A DNA stretch of 32,527 nt from Abditibacteriaceae bacterium (GCA_031425655.1 JANPJS010000227.1:1-32527); one strand, 5' to 3'. Shown: positions 1 to 9,771, counted from the stretch's first letter. The notes: generated by a model from the letters alone, not told the origin. A program made the numbers and translations.

Positions 1-3
1 TAG

Positions 4-29
4 CCCCCTTACCAAGGGGGTTGGGGGTT
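4..29. repeat. REP-like palindromic element (CCCCCTT-n-AAGGGGG family), truncated by window edge
   Basis: cccccctt acc aagggggg followed by ttgggggtt; a related copy is at 9850-9895. Confidence 0.65.
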
Positions 30-237
30 TCCTTGAGCAGCGAAGCTGCTCTTTAACAGCGCCTTAACTTAATGCCATGGGACGTTAGCGCCGCCCGTTA
101 AAATCGCCACGTTTTTCGAGCCATTGCCACGCTTCGATTGAATTTTTGCCGGCATCACAGTATTTTTCACGAGTTCTTTGAGCGCAGGCTCTAAAAGGGC
201 GTTCTCGTGCCGGAAAATTTGGGTGACGCGGCAGTTT

Positions 238-2244
238 TCAGCCCGGCATTAACTGGTGTCCGGTGCGGCCTTGCCAGATGTCTATCGCGTTCCAAAAGAG
301 GATCATGGTCACGTCGCCTAATGCCAATCCGAGAAAGAGCGGCATCGCGCGGCGATAGCTTTCGCCGCCGCCGAAGCGCAGAATCAAAACTTTGGCGAGC
401 CAGCCGAGAAAGATCGAAAACCACATCACATACATCACGAACGGCGACCACATTAAATAGCCCAGAGGATGCAGAGGAAACCACGAAAAGCGCGCCCGCG
501 CGATGAAAAGCAGCCACGTCATGACTGAGCCGACGCCGAGCCAAAACCAGTTGGCGAGTAGCGATGGCTGCGTGCCGCTCAGCAGTTCTTTGGCGTTGCG
601 CGCCGGGTCTTGGATGCCGGCTTGCCCCCACCATTTGTTCATTTGCAGGCCGCCGGCGTCGTAGGTGAGACGCAAACTGGTGGAAATGCCGACGAGAAAC
701 GAAATCGCAATGCACGCCGCCACCAGCGCCAGCAAAGGTCGCAAAGGAATATTGCGGTCGCGCGCCAATTTGAAGCCTTGCAAAAAGCTCGGCAGCAGCA
801 AGCCTTTGAGGTCAATCATCGTCGCGCCTTGAATAATCGCCGCCGGAACCGCGCTGTGCGGCGCGAACCACGCCGCGCCGGTGCCGAACAAATTCGCTAA
901 AGGCAAAAGCGGCGACCAGCCGTGATTGATGTAAAGAAAGCCGCCCTCGACCACCACGCGCGTCAGGCAAACCACGATCACGAAATAGGTGGCCCACATC
1001 GCCAAAGCCAGCAAAGGATGCACGCCCGCCGCGATTGTCCAGCCCAAAACCAGCAGCGAAGCCGCCACGAAGCCCCAGAACGCCACGGGATAGCTAAGCG
1101 GCTCGTGCGCCTCGTTGGCGCGGGCCTTATCGCGGCCTATTGCGCGTCGAAAAACGTGTGTCAGGTGCGCCCTTCCGATCCACAACACAATGGCGGCATA
1201 CATCCAGAAGGCTCCGATTTGCTGAAACGAAATAAAGGCTTTGGAAAATCCGCGCGTCCACACTGGTTCGGGCAGCGACGCCGGTGGAAAACCGAGTTGA
1301 TAAGCGATAACGTATTCCGATTTGTGCAGCAGATAAAACACCCAGAACGAAAAGGCGATTTCGCTGCTCAGCAAATAGGAAATGCCGACCGCGATAGGCA
1401 AAACGCGAAACGCCAGCGGCCCGACTTGGCTCAGCGGCGGCTCGCTGAAATACTTCGCGCCATCAAGCACTAAAGGCACGCTCGGCACTTCGGGAAAATA
1501 AGTGTTTAACCCGTTGAGCAGTTGAATCCAGACCGCGATGCCGAAGCCGATCCACGTCAACGAGTTGCGGAAAAAGCGCGGTTTCGCTTCGGTGTCGGTC
1601 ATTTCCAGCGGCAATCGTAAAAGAGGAAACGCTAAAGCCTCATGCTCGGCCCATTGAGCGCGCAGCATGACGGCGAGGCAGGCCAACATCGAATACAGCG
1701 CGAAGATGAAAATCGTCCAAGAAATCAGCGGCACCAGCCAGAATTGCCACGGCACCGCTTCGCGCCCGTTGAAAAACGCTTCGATGAGTTTGGTATTGAC
1801 GCTGCCGTCCGGCGCCAATGCGGGCGTGAACCACGGCTTTAAATTCGGCGCCAAAAACTGCATCCACTTGTTTTCCGGCGTTGCGTAGTAAAACGGGCCG
1901 ATAATGCACGACACGAAAAAGTTTTCGCCGCCGCGTCCCGGCACCAGACAGGAAAACAATCCCGTAATGAAAACCGTAAGCAATTCTTCGCGCGAAAAAC
2001 GCAGGCGCGGCGACAGAAGATAAAGCGCGCCGTTTATCAGCAGCAAAATCAGCAAAGCGCCCAGCGCGCCCGGCGGCAAATGCATCGCGCCGAGATAAGT
2101 ATTCGACAGCTTGTAATCAATGAGCGGATTAACCCAGCCGAAGAACGCGGCCAGCAACAAGCTGAGAAAAACCACGCGGAGCGTTACCCGTTTCTGAGTG
2201 CCGATTGCAGGTTTCTCGTTTTGGGAAATCGTCGGGGAAAGCAT
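238..2244 (-). CDS. Large polytopic membrane protein, DUF6785/DUF6784-like (putative transporter)
   Basis: 668 aa with many hydrophobic segments; motifs QWAEHEALAFPL and WFPLHPLGY recalled from this family. Confidence 0.7.
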   Translation of the reverse strand: MLSPTISQNEKPAIGTQKRVTLRVVFLSLLLAAFFGWVNPLIDYKLSNTYLGAMHLPPGALGALLILLLINGALYLLSPRLRFSREELLTVFITGLFSCLVPGRGGENFFVSCIIGPFYYATPENKWMQFLAPNLKPWFTPALAPDGSVNTKLIEAFFNGREAVPWQFWLVPLISWTIFIFALYSMLACLAVMLRAQWAEHEALAFPLLRLPLEMTDTEAKPRFFRNSLTWIGFGIAVWIQLLNGLNTYFPEVPSVPLVLDGAKYFSEPPLSQVGPLAFRVLPIAVGISYLLSSEIAFSFWVFYLLHKSEYVIAYQLGFPPASLPEPVWTRGFSKAFISFQQIGAFWMYAAIVLWIGRAHLTHVFRRAIGRDKARANEAHEPLSYPVAFWGFVAASLLVLGWTIAAGVHPLLALAMWATYFVIVVCLTRVVVEGGFLYINHGWSPLLPLANLFGTGAAWFAPHSAVPAAIIQGATMIDLKGLLLPSFLQGFKLARDRNIPLRPLLALVAACIAISFLVGISTSLRLTYDAGGLQMNKWWGQAGIQDPARNAKELLSGTQPSLLANWFWLGVGSVMTWLLFIARARFSWFPLHPLGYLMWSPFVMYVMWFSIFLGWLAKVLILRFGGGESYRRAMPLFLGLALGDVTMILFWNAIDIWQGRTGHQLMPG

Positions 2245-2340
2245 GGGACGCTTGAAAATCGGTTTAAAAGTCAGCGGGGCGTGATCTTTTTTAATTCACT
2301 TCATCGTTTATCACAACCGTTCAACCTAACTTGCTGCCTA

Positions 2341-2496
2341 CTGGCCCTGCGATTGAAATCGCGGCTCCGGGCCTGTGGCCGAGTGTCCGCCTGCGCGGAC
2401 AAAACTCTCTACTCTTTTTGGCTAAAAATGGTGTCTCCGGCGGGAGACACTCGGCGCCAAAGGCGCCCGGAGCCGCGACTTCAGTCGCCGGGTCAG
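2341..2496. repeat. Miniature inverted-repeat (REPIN/MITE-like) element
   Basis: Arms 2341-2372 and 2465-2496 match 28/32 as inverted repeats; inner hairpins gtccgcctgcgcggac and gtgtctccggcgggagacac; same architecture as 8844-8981. Confidence 0.8.
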
Positions 2497-2579
2497 CTTT
2501 AATCTCTTCGCCTGATGAAATAGTCTCGGCATACGCTATGCTCTACGGCTCTGCGATCAATTAGCAAAGCGAGGGCATT

Positions 2580-3419
2580 ATGCAGTGGAGAAACAGTCGG
2601 CAGAGCGGAAACGTGGAAGATCGGCGTGGAATGGGCGGTGCGCTGCCGGTGACGGGCGGAATCGGCACGATTTTAGTGGCGATGGTGATTTATTTCATGG
2701 GTGGCGATCCCAGCGTCGTGCTCAATCAAGGGCCGCAAAATCCGGGCGGCGGAACCACGCGCCCGGCGAATTCGGGAGCTAATCCCGGCGGCGCAGATGA
2801 TGAGCAGCGCCGTTTTGTTTCAGCGGTTTTAGGCGATACCGAAGACGTGTGGCGCGAGATTTTTCGTCAGCGCGGACGCACTTACCGCGAGCCGAAACTG
2901 GTTTTGTTTACCGGGCAAGTGCGCTCGGCGTGCGGCATCGCAGGCTCAGCGACCGGGCCGTTTTACTGTCCCGCCGATGAAAAAGTGTATATTGACCTCG
3001 CTTTTTATCGCGAATTGAAAGATCGCTACAAAGCGCCGGGAGATTTCGCGCAGGCTTACGTCCTCGCGCACGAAATCGGGCACCACGTCCAAAAGCAAAT
3101 GGGCGTGATGGATAAGGTGCAAAGTTCACAGCAGCGAGCGGGCAAAAAGGAAGCGAATCAGCTTTCCGTCCGCCTCGAATTGCAAGCCGACTTTTTAGCG
3201 GGCGTGTGGGCACATTATGCGCAGAAGCGCGGCTTGCTCGAAGCCGGCGATGTCGAAGAAGGATTGCGCGCCGCCAGCGCCGTCGGCGACGACAATCTTC
3301 AACGCGAATCTCAGGGCTACGTCGTGCCCGATTCTTTTACGCACGGCACTTCAGCGCAGCGTCTCCAGTGGTTTCAGAAAGGCTTGGAAAGCGGCGATAT
3401 AACTCAGGGCAATCCGTAA
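2580..3419 (+). CDS. ypfJ: Neutral zinc metallopeptidase, YpfJ/KPN_02809 family
   Basis: N-terminal RQSGNVEDRR plus one TM segment; GPFYCPADEKVYID, HEIGH (HExxH), ELQADFLAG and PDSFTHGTS motifs. Confidence 0.9.
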   Translation: MQWRNSRQSGNVEDRRGMGGALPVTGGIGTILVAMVIYFMGGDPSVVLNQGPQNPGGGTTRPANSGANPGGADDEQRRFVSAVLGDTEDVWREIFRQRGRTYREPKLVLFTGQVRSACGIAGSATGPFYCPADEKVYIDLAFYRELKDRYKAPGDFAQAYVLAHEIGHHVQKQMGVMDKVQSSQQRAGKKEANQLSVRLELQADFLAGVWAHYAQKRGLLEAGDVEEGLRAASAVGDDNLQRESQGYVVPDSFTHGTSAQRLQWFQKGLESGDITQGNP

Positions 3420-3429
3420 GCAAGAGGTT

Positions 3430-4173
3430 TTAAGCGAAGATTTTGCCGTCATGCACCAGATGCGCGGTGCCGGCGCGAATTAGCGAAACCAGCGGCGTGT
3501 GGTCGGTGATGCGCGCTTTTTCGATGATGTCGCGCGTGAAAACGATAAGCGTGAACAAAGTGCCATCGTTGTAGATTCCGCCTAATCCGAAAACGGTGCC
3601 GATTTGATGCTCTGCCACGAAATCCTGCGCGCTGATAATGGGCCGGCCCTGCTGATCTAAGGCCGTTTTTGCTTCGCGCACGTAAAAAACACCAATCCAG
3701 CCGCCGCCTAATTCTTTTTCGGCAAAGCCGGTGTTTTCCTCATCATCCAGCCAGTCTAGGTCCACTTCCAGTTCCTTCAAAAGGCGCGCGATCATGGGAA
3801 TGGATTCGACAAATGGCGCCGAAAGCAAAGGAATACCGCGATGGCCCTCCGATTGATGGCGGTCGTTCCACTCTTCCTTTTCGCCACAGGTGCCGAGTAG
3901 GGCAAGCACGGGCGTGTTGGCATCAATGCCCGCAATGTAGCCTTTACTCCGCGCTAATTCATCTACAATGATCTGAGTGTCGAAGGGCAACCCTTGATAA
4001 GGAACGGTGGCGAAATAGCGCGCCAGCACGACGGATTCACAGAAGTTGCGACACAGTTCCTCGACTAAGCATTGTGCCGCCGCTTCGAGAGAATCGCAGC
4101 CTCGCAGCGCCTCGCGCACCGTATCCCGAAACTTCAATGCGTCTTGCCACGAACCCTCGCCAATCTTTGCCAT
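3430..4173 (-). CDS. Hypothetical protein, possibly stand-alone GAF-like domain
   Basis: 247 aa soluble ORF with GAGG upstream; C-terminal FVAEHQIGTVFGLGG...LIVFTR resembles a GAF beta-sheet. Confidence 0.6.
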   Translation of the reverse strand: MAKIGEGSWQDALKFRDTVREALRGCDSLEAAAQCLVEELCRNFCESVVLARYFATVPYQGLPFDTQIIVDELARSKGYIAGIDANTPVLALLGTCGEKEEWNDRHQSEGHRGIPLLSAPFVESIPMIARLLKELEVDLDWLDDEENTGFAEKELGGGWIGVFYVREAKTALDQQGRPIISAQDFVAEHQIGTVFGLGGIYNDGTLFTLIVFTRDIIEKARITDHTPLVSLIRAGTAHLVHDGKIFA

Positions 4174-4315
4174 GCTCGCCTCTAAATCCGCCTCATTATT
4201 CCCGGCTTAAACTCCTATTTTACAGAATCCTGATTTTCCATGAGCCAACGCCAGTGTTTTGGGCATACGAACTGCAATCCTTTGGGCGCAGAGTCAGATT
4301 TGAAGGAGAACTCAC

Positions 4316-4573
4316 ATGAAAAAGAGCCTTGTTTTGATGGGAATCGGCGCCAGCTTGATGTATTTCTTAGACCCCGAAATGGGCGAAGTGCGCCGTGGAA
4401 TGCTGCGCGATAAGTTTGAGGGCTTGATGCCCGAAACCAAAGACGCATTGGCGTCCAAAGCCGACGAAGTGGTTGCCAAAGTCAGCGAAATCACCGAAAA
4501 AGCCGATCACAAAGCCGCAGAAACCATTCAAACGCTGGGCAGCGAAACCGCGCCCGACACCGGACATTCGTAA
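4316..4573 (+). CDS. Small YtxH-like membrane-anchored protein
   Basis: AAGGAG RBS; N-terminal TM then YFLDPEMGEVRRGMLRDK, typical of YtxH-like proteins. Confidence 0.75.
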   Translation: MKKSLVLMGIGASLMYFLDPEMGEVRRGMLRDKFEGLMPETKDALASKADEVVAKVSEITEKADHKAAETIQTLGSETAPDTGHS

Positions 4574-4590
4574 AAGCCAGACAACCGAAC

Positions 4591-4631
4591 AACAGCGCGC
4601 CCTCGATATTTTCGAGGGCGCGTTGTTTGTT
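4591..4631. terminator. Intrinsic terminator between convergent genes
   Basis: Perfect 11-bp stem cgcgccctcga/tcgagggcgcg followed by ttgtttgtt. Confidence 0.8.
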
Positions 4632-4660
4632 ATGAGCGATGCAAGTTGCTTTGCGTGCGT

Positions 4661-4894
4661 TTACTCCTCGGTTTTTGAAGGAACATGGCCATTATCTTCA
4701 AATTCGAGCAAGTCGCCGGGCTGGCATTGCAGATGACGACAAATCGCTTCCAAAGTCGAAAGCCGAATCGCTTTGGCTTTGCCTGTCTTCAAGATGGACA
4801 GGTTAGGCACCGTAATATCAACGGCTTCGGCTAAGTCGTTGAGTTTCATTTTTCGCTGGGCCAACACGACGTCAAGGCGCACATGAATAGGCAT
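4661..4894 (-). CDS. Cro/C1-type HTH transcriptional regulator (YozG-like)
   Basis: LDVVLAQRKM...NLSILKTGKAKAIRLSTLEAICRHLQCQPGDLL; directly downstream of DUF2975 gene. Confidence 0.92.
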   Translation of the reverse strand: MPIHVRLDVVLAQRKMKLNDLAEAVDITVPNLSILKTGKAKAIRLSTLEAICRHLQCQPGDLLEFEDNGHVPSKTEE

Positions 4895-4904
4895 GATATT
4901 GTGT

Positions 4905-5420
4905 TCAAACCGTCAATTCCTGCTCGGCCTGAAGTTCGCTGCCTTCTTCCAGCACCCAGCCGAGCATAATCAAAAACGCGCCTACAAAAAAACCTCCCAC
5001 AATCGGCGCCAGAGGCGCATCCCGAATTGCCCCCAAAGCTCCATAAAGCGCCATATCCCACGCCATGCGTAAGCTCCAGGGCAGCAGCAGCGCAGTGCCG
5101 ATCCAGAAGCCGATGCGCTTGAGCCAGCGCCCGCTTTCCGGGTCGAATAAGCGCCCGGAAACCAGCACGCTAAAAAGGCGATCCAGCATCCACAGCCCGG
5201 CCCCCCAATAAGCGAAAGTAATTATTCCGATTGCCGTAGTGCCTCCGGTGTAAAGGCCCGGCCCCTGCGAGCCGCTGCGGGCGCTCAGGAGGTAAACGGG
5301 AATCCCAATCCCGATACAGATCAGCATCGTAAACACAAGCAAAAAGCGGCACAAAATGCGGAAAACTCGGCTGATTTGCTGGATTCTGATCCGGCGCGGC
5401 GAAAGCGTGTGTGTATTCAT
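4905..5420 (-). CDS. DUF2975 family membrane protein
   Basis: Four TM segments; C-terminal VLEEGSELQAEQELTV; paired with YozG-like HTH gene. Confidence 0.88.
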   Translation of the reverse strand: MNTHTLSPRRIRIQQISRVFRILCRFLLVFTMLICIGIGIPVYLLSARSGSQGPGLYTGGTTAIGIITFAYWGAGLWMLDRLFSVLVSGRLFDPESGRWLKRIGFWIGTALLLPWSLRMAWDMALYGALGAIRDAPLAPIVGGFFVGAFLIMLGWVLEEGSELQAEQELTV

Positions 5421-5427
5421 GACGATG

Positions 5428-5455
5428 ATTCTACTGATTTTTTATTGTTTGTCAA
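5428..5455 (-). promoter_or_regulatory. Sigma70 promoter of DUF2975-HTH operon, probably leaderless
   Basis: Minus strand reads TTGACA-16 nt-TAGAAT-7 nt-ATG with no SD. Confidence 0.75.
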
Positions 5456-5503
5456 GTAATTTTTATTGTTTAACGATATTTTTATTCTGAATAACGATAA
5501 ATT
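5438..5503. promoter_or_regulatory. Putative autoregulatory operator repeats
   Basis: Three AT-rich copies of tttttattgttt/tttttattctg with (aa)cgata half-sites overlapping the -35. Confidence 0.55.
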
Positions 5504-5583
5504 AGTCAATGGCCGGAGACAGCGTGTAGAAAACCACACTCGCGCAGAAACGAAGGCAGCGAATTGCTAAAATGCCTTGCAAT

Positions 5584-8124
5584 ATGAAGAAATTCGTGAA
5601 GTTAAATCGCAAATGGTGTCGCGCGTCGCATTACATTTTGGCGTTGCTCATCGCGCCGCTGTTATGTCTCATCGTCGTGCCAAGCGCCAATGCCGCCGAC
5701 GCCACAGCCGACAAGCTCGCCGCCGACGCCAAAGTCAAAGCGGCCACGACGCCGATTGAAAAAATCAACGCGTTTTACAGTCGCGCGCTTTTGCCGGGGG
5801 CGAATGTATTGAAAATCGTTAATCCATTGGATCACAAGGAGGAATGGGAGCGCGCTGAGTCCGATATTAACGAGGCGGTGCGCCTCATCGCCGAAGTCGA
5901 GGCGGACGGCAAAAGCAAGATTACGGGTAAACACGCGATTTATTTCGAGCAGGGCTTTATTTTGATGCTGTTGGAAAAGTATCAGGAGGCTGTCGCCGCC
6001 TATGATTTGGCCGAAAAAGCCGGCTATATTCAAGCGAATACCAATGACAAGCTCAAAGTCAGCGGTTTTTTTGGCAGGCGCGGCTCGGCTAAAGCCGGGC
6101 TTTATGATTACGATGGCGCGATTGCCGATTATAAGGCCGCCCTTGCGCTTTTGAACCGCGCGCAAACGCGGCGGCATCTCGCGCAGGCACACTTTGAGAA
6201 AGGCGATTTGACAGCGGCGGATGAGGAATGGGATCGCGCTCTTGAATTGGATAAGGACATTGGCGATTCGCCCTTCCTTGCAGCGCAGGCGCGCTTGAAC
6301 AAAGCTGTCTTCGACAATCCCAACAAGGCCGCGCCTTTAATCGAGCGGGCGCGTTATACCTTCAAAAAAATCCACGAGGCCACACTCGTTGCGGATATTT
6401 TGAGCGAGGCGGCAGGAGGCAACGAGGCCAGCAAACGCGCCGATTTATTGAATCCGGCGCTGAAAGACCTCGACCGCGCCATCAAAAGCGAACCGCAATC
6501 TGCGGCGCCGTGGATCGAGCGCGGACGGATGCGTTTGGTTTATATGTCGCTGCGACCTGAGATGTTCAAGCGCAGCTTCGACTACGAAGATACGCAAAAA
6601 GATTTCAATCGCGCCGTCGCCCTCGACCCGAAAAACGCCGGGGCGTGGTTTGATTCGGGCCGGACGCGTCTGACGCGGTTGGAGCAGTTGGAAAATGCCA
6701 CTTTTGCCTCGTTGGTGTTAGTAGAGGAACAAATTAAAAGGCGCGAAGCGGCCACGAGCGGCGCGATTCGGGATTTCAGCCGCGCGATTTATCTGCAACC
6801 GGACGCATCCGGCGAAGCGCATTTTCAGCGCGCCCAGCTCGAACGCCGGAAACCGCAGCCCGACGCAAACACCTTGCTGACCGATTATTCGGCGGCCATC
6901 GCACAAAATCTCCAGCCGACGGATGCCGCATGGCACGCTCTTCTGCGGAATAATTCCAACCTGATTGACCCGGCGGCTTTAACGGAAGCGCATCTCATGC
7001 GCGGCAGGATTCTGATGTCGCGCGGACAACTCGTGGCGGCATTGGCCGATTTCGACGCGGTTATCGCCGCCAGCGAAGGCAATCTCAGCGCCCGCTTCGA
7101 GCGCGGCAAAGTGCGCGTGCATCGCGGCGATTACGACGGCGCAATCGAGGATTTCAGTCGTTTGATTAAGGGCAACGGCAAAGTCGCCGATGCCTGGATG
7201 TGGCGCGGCGTGGCCCGCGACGGCAAAGGCGAAACTGAAGCCGCCAAAGCCGATTTAAAAGAAGCCGTCGCGCGCGATGCCAAAGTCGCCGGATTGATGC
7301 GCGGCACGCGCTACGACGCCCAAAACCCCGACGCCAATCGCGGATTAGCGCCGACGCCACAAAAAGAAGACCTCAAAAACCTGCCGCCCGGAACGGCGCT
7401 CGATCACAAAAACGCCGGCAACGCGCTACGCGCCAAAGGCGACGAAGACGGCGCGCTGGCAGAATACAATCTGGCGCTGATGATTGACCCGAATTTCGCC
7501 GATGCGCTGAACAATCGCGGCAGCACCTACAAAACGCGTGGGCAGGTTGATCTGGCTGTAGCCGATTTCAGCCGCGCTATCGAAAGCGAGCCGAAGCATC
7601 GCGTGGCTTATCTCAATCGTGGTTTTCTGTGGCGTGAGTTGGGCGAAGCCGAGCGCGAACGCGCCGATTTCGACCGCGCCATCGAATTCGCCGATTCCGA
7701 TGAGCGCCGCGCCGCTGCGTATAGCGCCCGCGCCGTAACGCGCCAAACCGCCAAAGACACCGACGGCGCGCTGCAAGACGCCAAACGCTCGACGGAATTG
7801 GCCCCGAAACACGCCGAAGCATGGAGCGAACAAGGTCATGTGCTGTTGAACGCCCGTCGCCCCGCCGAAGCCGCAGTCAGCTACCGCCGTGCGCTTGAAC
7901 TGACCCCGGAAAATGTGGACACGCGCGTATTTTTAGCGATTGCTCTGGCCATTCAAAACGACGCGACGGCCACGACAGAACTCGACAGCGCGCTCGCCAA
8001 AGCCAAACCGCCGGAACTTGACGAAGCCCGCGCAACTCTCGACCGCGCGTTACGCATTAACCCCGATTCCGCCGCGCTCAAAGCCTTAAAAGAGCGCGCC
8101 GCGAAAGTCGCACCTGCGAAATAG
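5584..8124 (+). CDS. Exported tetratricopeptide-repeat protein
   Basis: Signal-peptide-like N-terminus (ending ANA-A); many TPR motifs such as AIADYKAALAL and ALNNRGSTYKTRGQVDLAVADFSRAIESEP; start may be 5572 or 5584. Confidence 0.88.
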   Translation: MKKFVKLNRKWCRASHYILALLIAPLLCLIVVPSANAADATADKLAADAKVKAATTPIEKINAFYSRALLPGANVLKIVNPLDHKEEWERAESDINEAVRLIAEVEADGKSKITGKHAIYFEQGFILMLLEKYQEAVAAYDLAEKAGYIQANTNDKLKVSGFFGRRGSAKAGLYDYDGAIADYKAALALLNRAQTRRHLAQAHFEKGDLTAADEEWDRALELDKDIGDSPFLAAQARLNKAVFDNPNKAAPLIERARYTFKKIHEATLVADILSEAAGGNEASKRADLLNPALKDLDRAIKSEPQSAAPWIERGRMRLVYMSLRPEMFKRSFDYEDTQKDFNRAVALDPKNAGAWFDSGRTRLTRLEQLENATFASLVLVEEQIKRREAATSGAIRDFSRAIYLQPDASGEAHFQRAQLERRKPQPDANTLLTDYSAAIAQNLQPTDAAWHALLRNNSNLIDPAALTEAHLMRGRILMSRGQLVAALADFDAVIAASEGNLSARFERGKVRVHRGDYDGAIEDFSRLIKGNGKVADAWMWRGVARDGKGETEAAKADLKEAVARDAKVAGLMRGTRYDAQNPDANRGLAPTPQKEDLKNLPPGTALDHKNAGNALRAKGDEDGALAEYNLALMIDPNFADALNNRGSTYKTRGQVDLAVADFSRAIESEPKHRVAYLNRGFLWRELGEAERERADFDRAIEFADSDERRAAAYSARAVTRQTAKDTDGALQDAKRSTELAPKHAEAWSEQGHVLLNARRPAEAAVSYRRALELTPENVDTRVFLAIALAIQNDATATTELDSALAKAKPPELDEARATLDRALRINPDSAALKALKERAAKVAPAK

Positions 8125-8161
8125 GGGCAAGGCTCTAGGTTCGTTGCACGCCATTACCAAC

Positions 8162-8800
8162 ATGCGAATTCTTGCCGGTGAGGCCAAAGGGCGCGTTTTA
8201 AAGACGCGCGAAGGAAACGGCACGCGTCCGACTGATGCCCGTTCGCGCGAGATGCTCTTCAACATTTTGAGCGAGCGCGTTATCGGCACGCGTTTTCTCG
8301 ATTTATACGCCGGAAGCGGCTCGGTCGGGCTGGAAGCGCTCAGTCGCGGCGCTGATTTTTGCATTTTTGTCGAGCAAAATGCTTCAGCGGCGCACGCAAT
8401 TCGGCAAAATATCAAGCTTTGCGGCTGGAAAGAGCGCGCCGAGGTGTGGCACACCAGCATGAAATCGGCGCTGCATCGCTTGAAAGAAATGCACGATGCG
8501 CCGGACGAAGCGATGCGCGAAGCGGCGCATTTCGACATCGTTTTTGCCGACCCGCCGTTTACTAATTTGCGCGAATTGCCCGATTTAGCCGCGCGATTGG
8601 ACAAAGGCCCGCAAATCGTGAAAAATCCGAGCGGCTTGCTCATCGTGCAGCATCACCGCAAAGCCGAGTTTCTGTCGCAGCAGTTCACGATTCAGCAGCA
8701 GCGCCGCGCGGGCGAATCTCTCCTGACTTTCGCTGCACATCGCGTTGTAACCGAGGCTTTGCAAGCATCGGCCCCAGTGGAAATTGACGAGGTTTCTTAA
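8162..8800 (+). CDS. rsmD: 16S rRNA m2G966 methyltransferase
   Basis: MRILAGEAKGR, TRPT, LDLYAGSGSVGLEALSRGA and FADPPF motifs; start at ATG 8162. Confidence 0.92.
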   Translation: MRILAGEAKGRVLKTREGNGTRPTDARSREMLFNILSERVIGTRFLDLYAGSGSVGLEALSRGADFCIFVEQNASAAHAIRQNIKLCGWKERAEVWHTSMKSALHRLKEMHDAPDEAMREAAHFDIVFADPPFTNLRELPDLAARLDKGPQIVKNPSGLLIVQHHRKAEFLSQQFTIQQQRRAGESLLTFAAHRVVTEALQASAPVEIDEVS

Positions 8801-8843
8801 TCACTGAAAACTGGCGGCAACGGTTGGACAATCGCATGAGAAC

Positions 8844-8981
8844 TGCCCGGCGAATAAATTAGCGGCAACCACTACCTGCCCAAAGGGCACCCGAAGTCCG
8901 CCTGCGCGTACTTTTTTCTTAGTTTTTCGGCGCCGCCGGGCGACTTTGCCGCGTTGTTGCCGCGAATTTATTCGCCGGGCA
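8844..8981. repeat. Miniature inverted-repeat element (same family as 2341-2496)
   Basis: Arms 8844-8869 and 8956-8981 match 25/26; inner aagtccgcctgcgcgtactt. Confidence 0.8.
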
Positions 8982-9135
8982 CTCAGGCAAGCTTCCGAAA
9001 AATCCTCACGCGATTGCCCCGGTGGCAACGGTTGGACAACGCGTCGCGGTTATTGCATAATGGAACGGGACGCCCGGCATTTAACAATGCCAAAGGCGTT
9101 GAAAACCGGGCGCAGAGCGCGCCGGAAACTCGCAT

Positions 9136-9771
9136 ATGCTCACAACCGAAAAGCCATTAACGGCACCATCCGCGCCGGAGGGAGGCCAGAAAATAGACGT
9201 TTTACGAATCATTGATGAACTGGAAGTGCTGGTGCAGGAGGGCAAACACGTCCTCGGCAAAGTGGTGATCAACGAAGAAGAGTTTTATATTCAGGTCACC
9301 AAACTGAAAAAAGCTCTGCCGAAGAGCCTGGACGAAGCGCAGAAAATCACGCGCGAGGCCGAGCGCATTCTCAGCGGCGCCAAAAACGAAGCCGGACGCT
9401 TGATGTCTGAAGCGCAAAGCGAATCGAAGCGCATGGTGGACGATGCACGCGCCGAATCCGACCGCGTGCGCGGAGACGCGCGCCAGCATTCGGATCGCAC
9501 CGTCGAAGACGCGCGCCGCGAAGCCGAGCGCATCGTCGCCGACGCGCAGCAGCACGCCGAGCAGCTCGTGTCCGAAGACACCATTATGCAGCGCGCTCAG
9601 GAAACCGCGCAAACACTCCAAGAGCAGGCACAGCAAGACGCGCGCGAAATGCGCGAACACGCCGATCAATACGCCTTTGAGGTGCTTGACCGCGCCGGAG
9701 CCGTGCTGGGCAAACTCACCGTCGGCGTCGAAGCCGGCAAAGACCATCTGCGCCAGTTGCAGCAGCAGTAA
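9136..9771 (+). CDS. Coiled-coil protein (ATP synthase subunit B-like/DivIVA-like, often found near rsmD-coaD)
   Basis: IDELEVLV...LPKSLDEAQKI, repetitive A-x-x-EA coiled coil, ADQYAFEVL. Confidence 0.75.
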   Translation: MLTTEKPLTAPSAPEGGQKIDVLRIIDELEVLVQEGKHVLGKVVINEEEFYIQVTKLKKALPKSLDEAQKITREAERILSGAKNEAGRLMSEAQSESKRMVDDARAESDRVRGDARQHSDRTVEDARREAERIVADAQQHAEQLVSEDTIMQRAQETAQTLQEQAQQDAREMREHADQYAFEVLDRAGAVLGKLTVGVEAGKDHLRQLQQQ

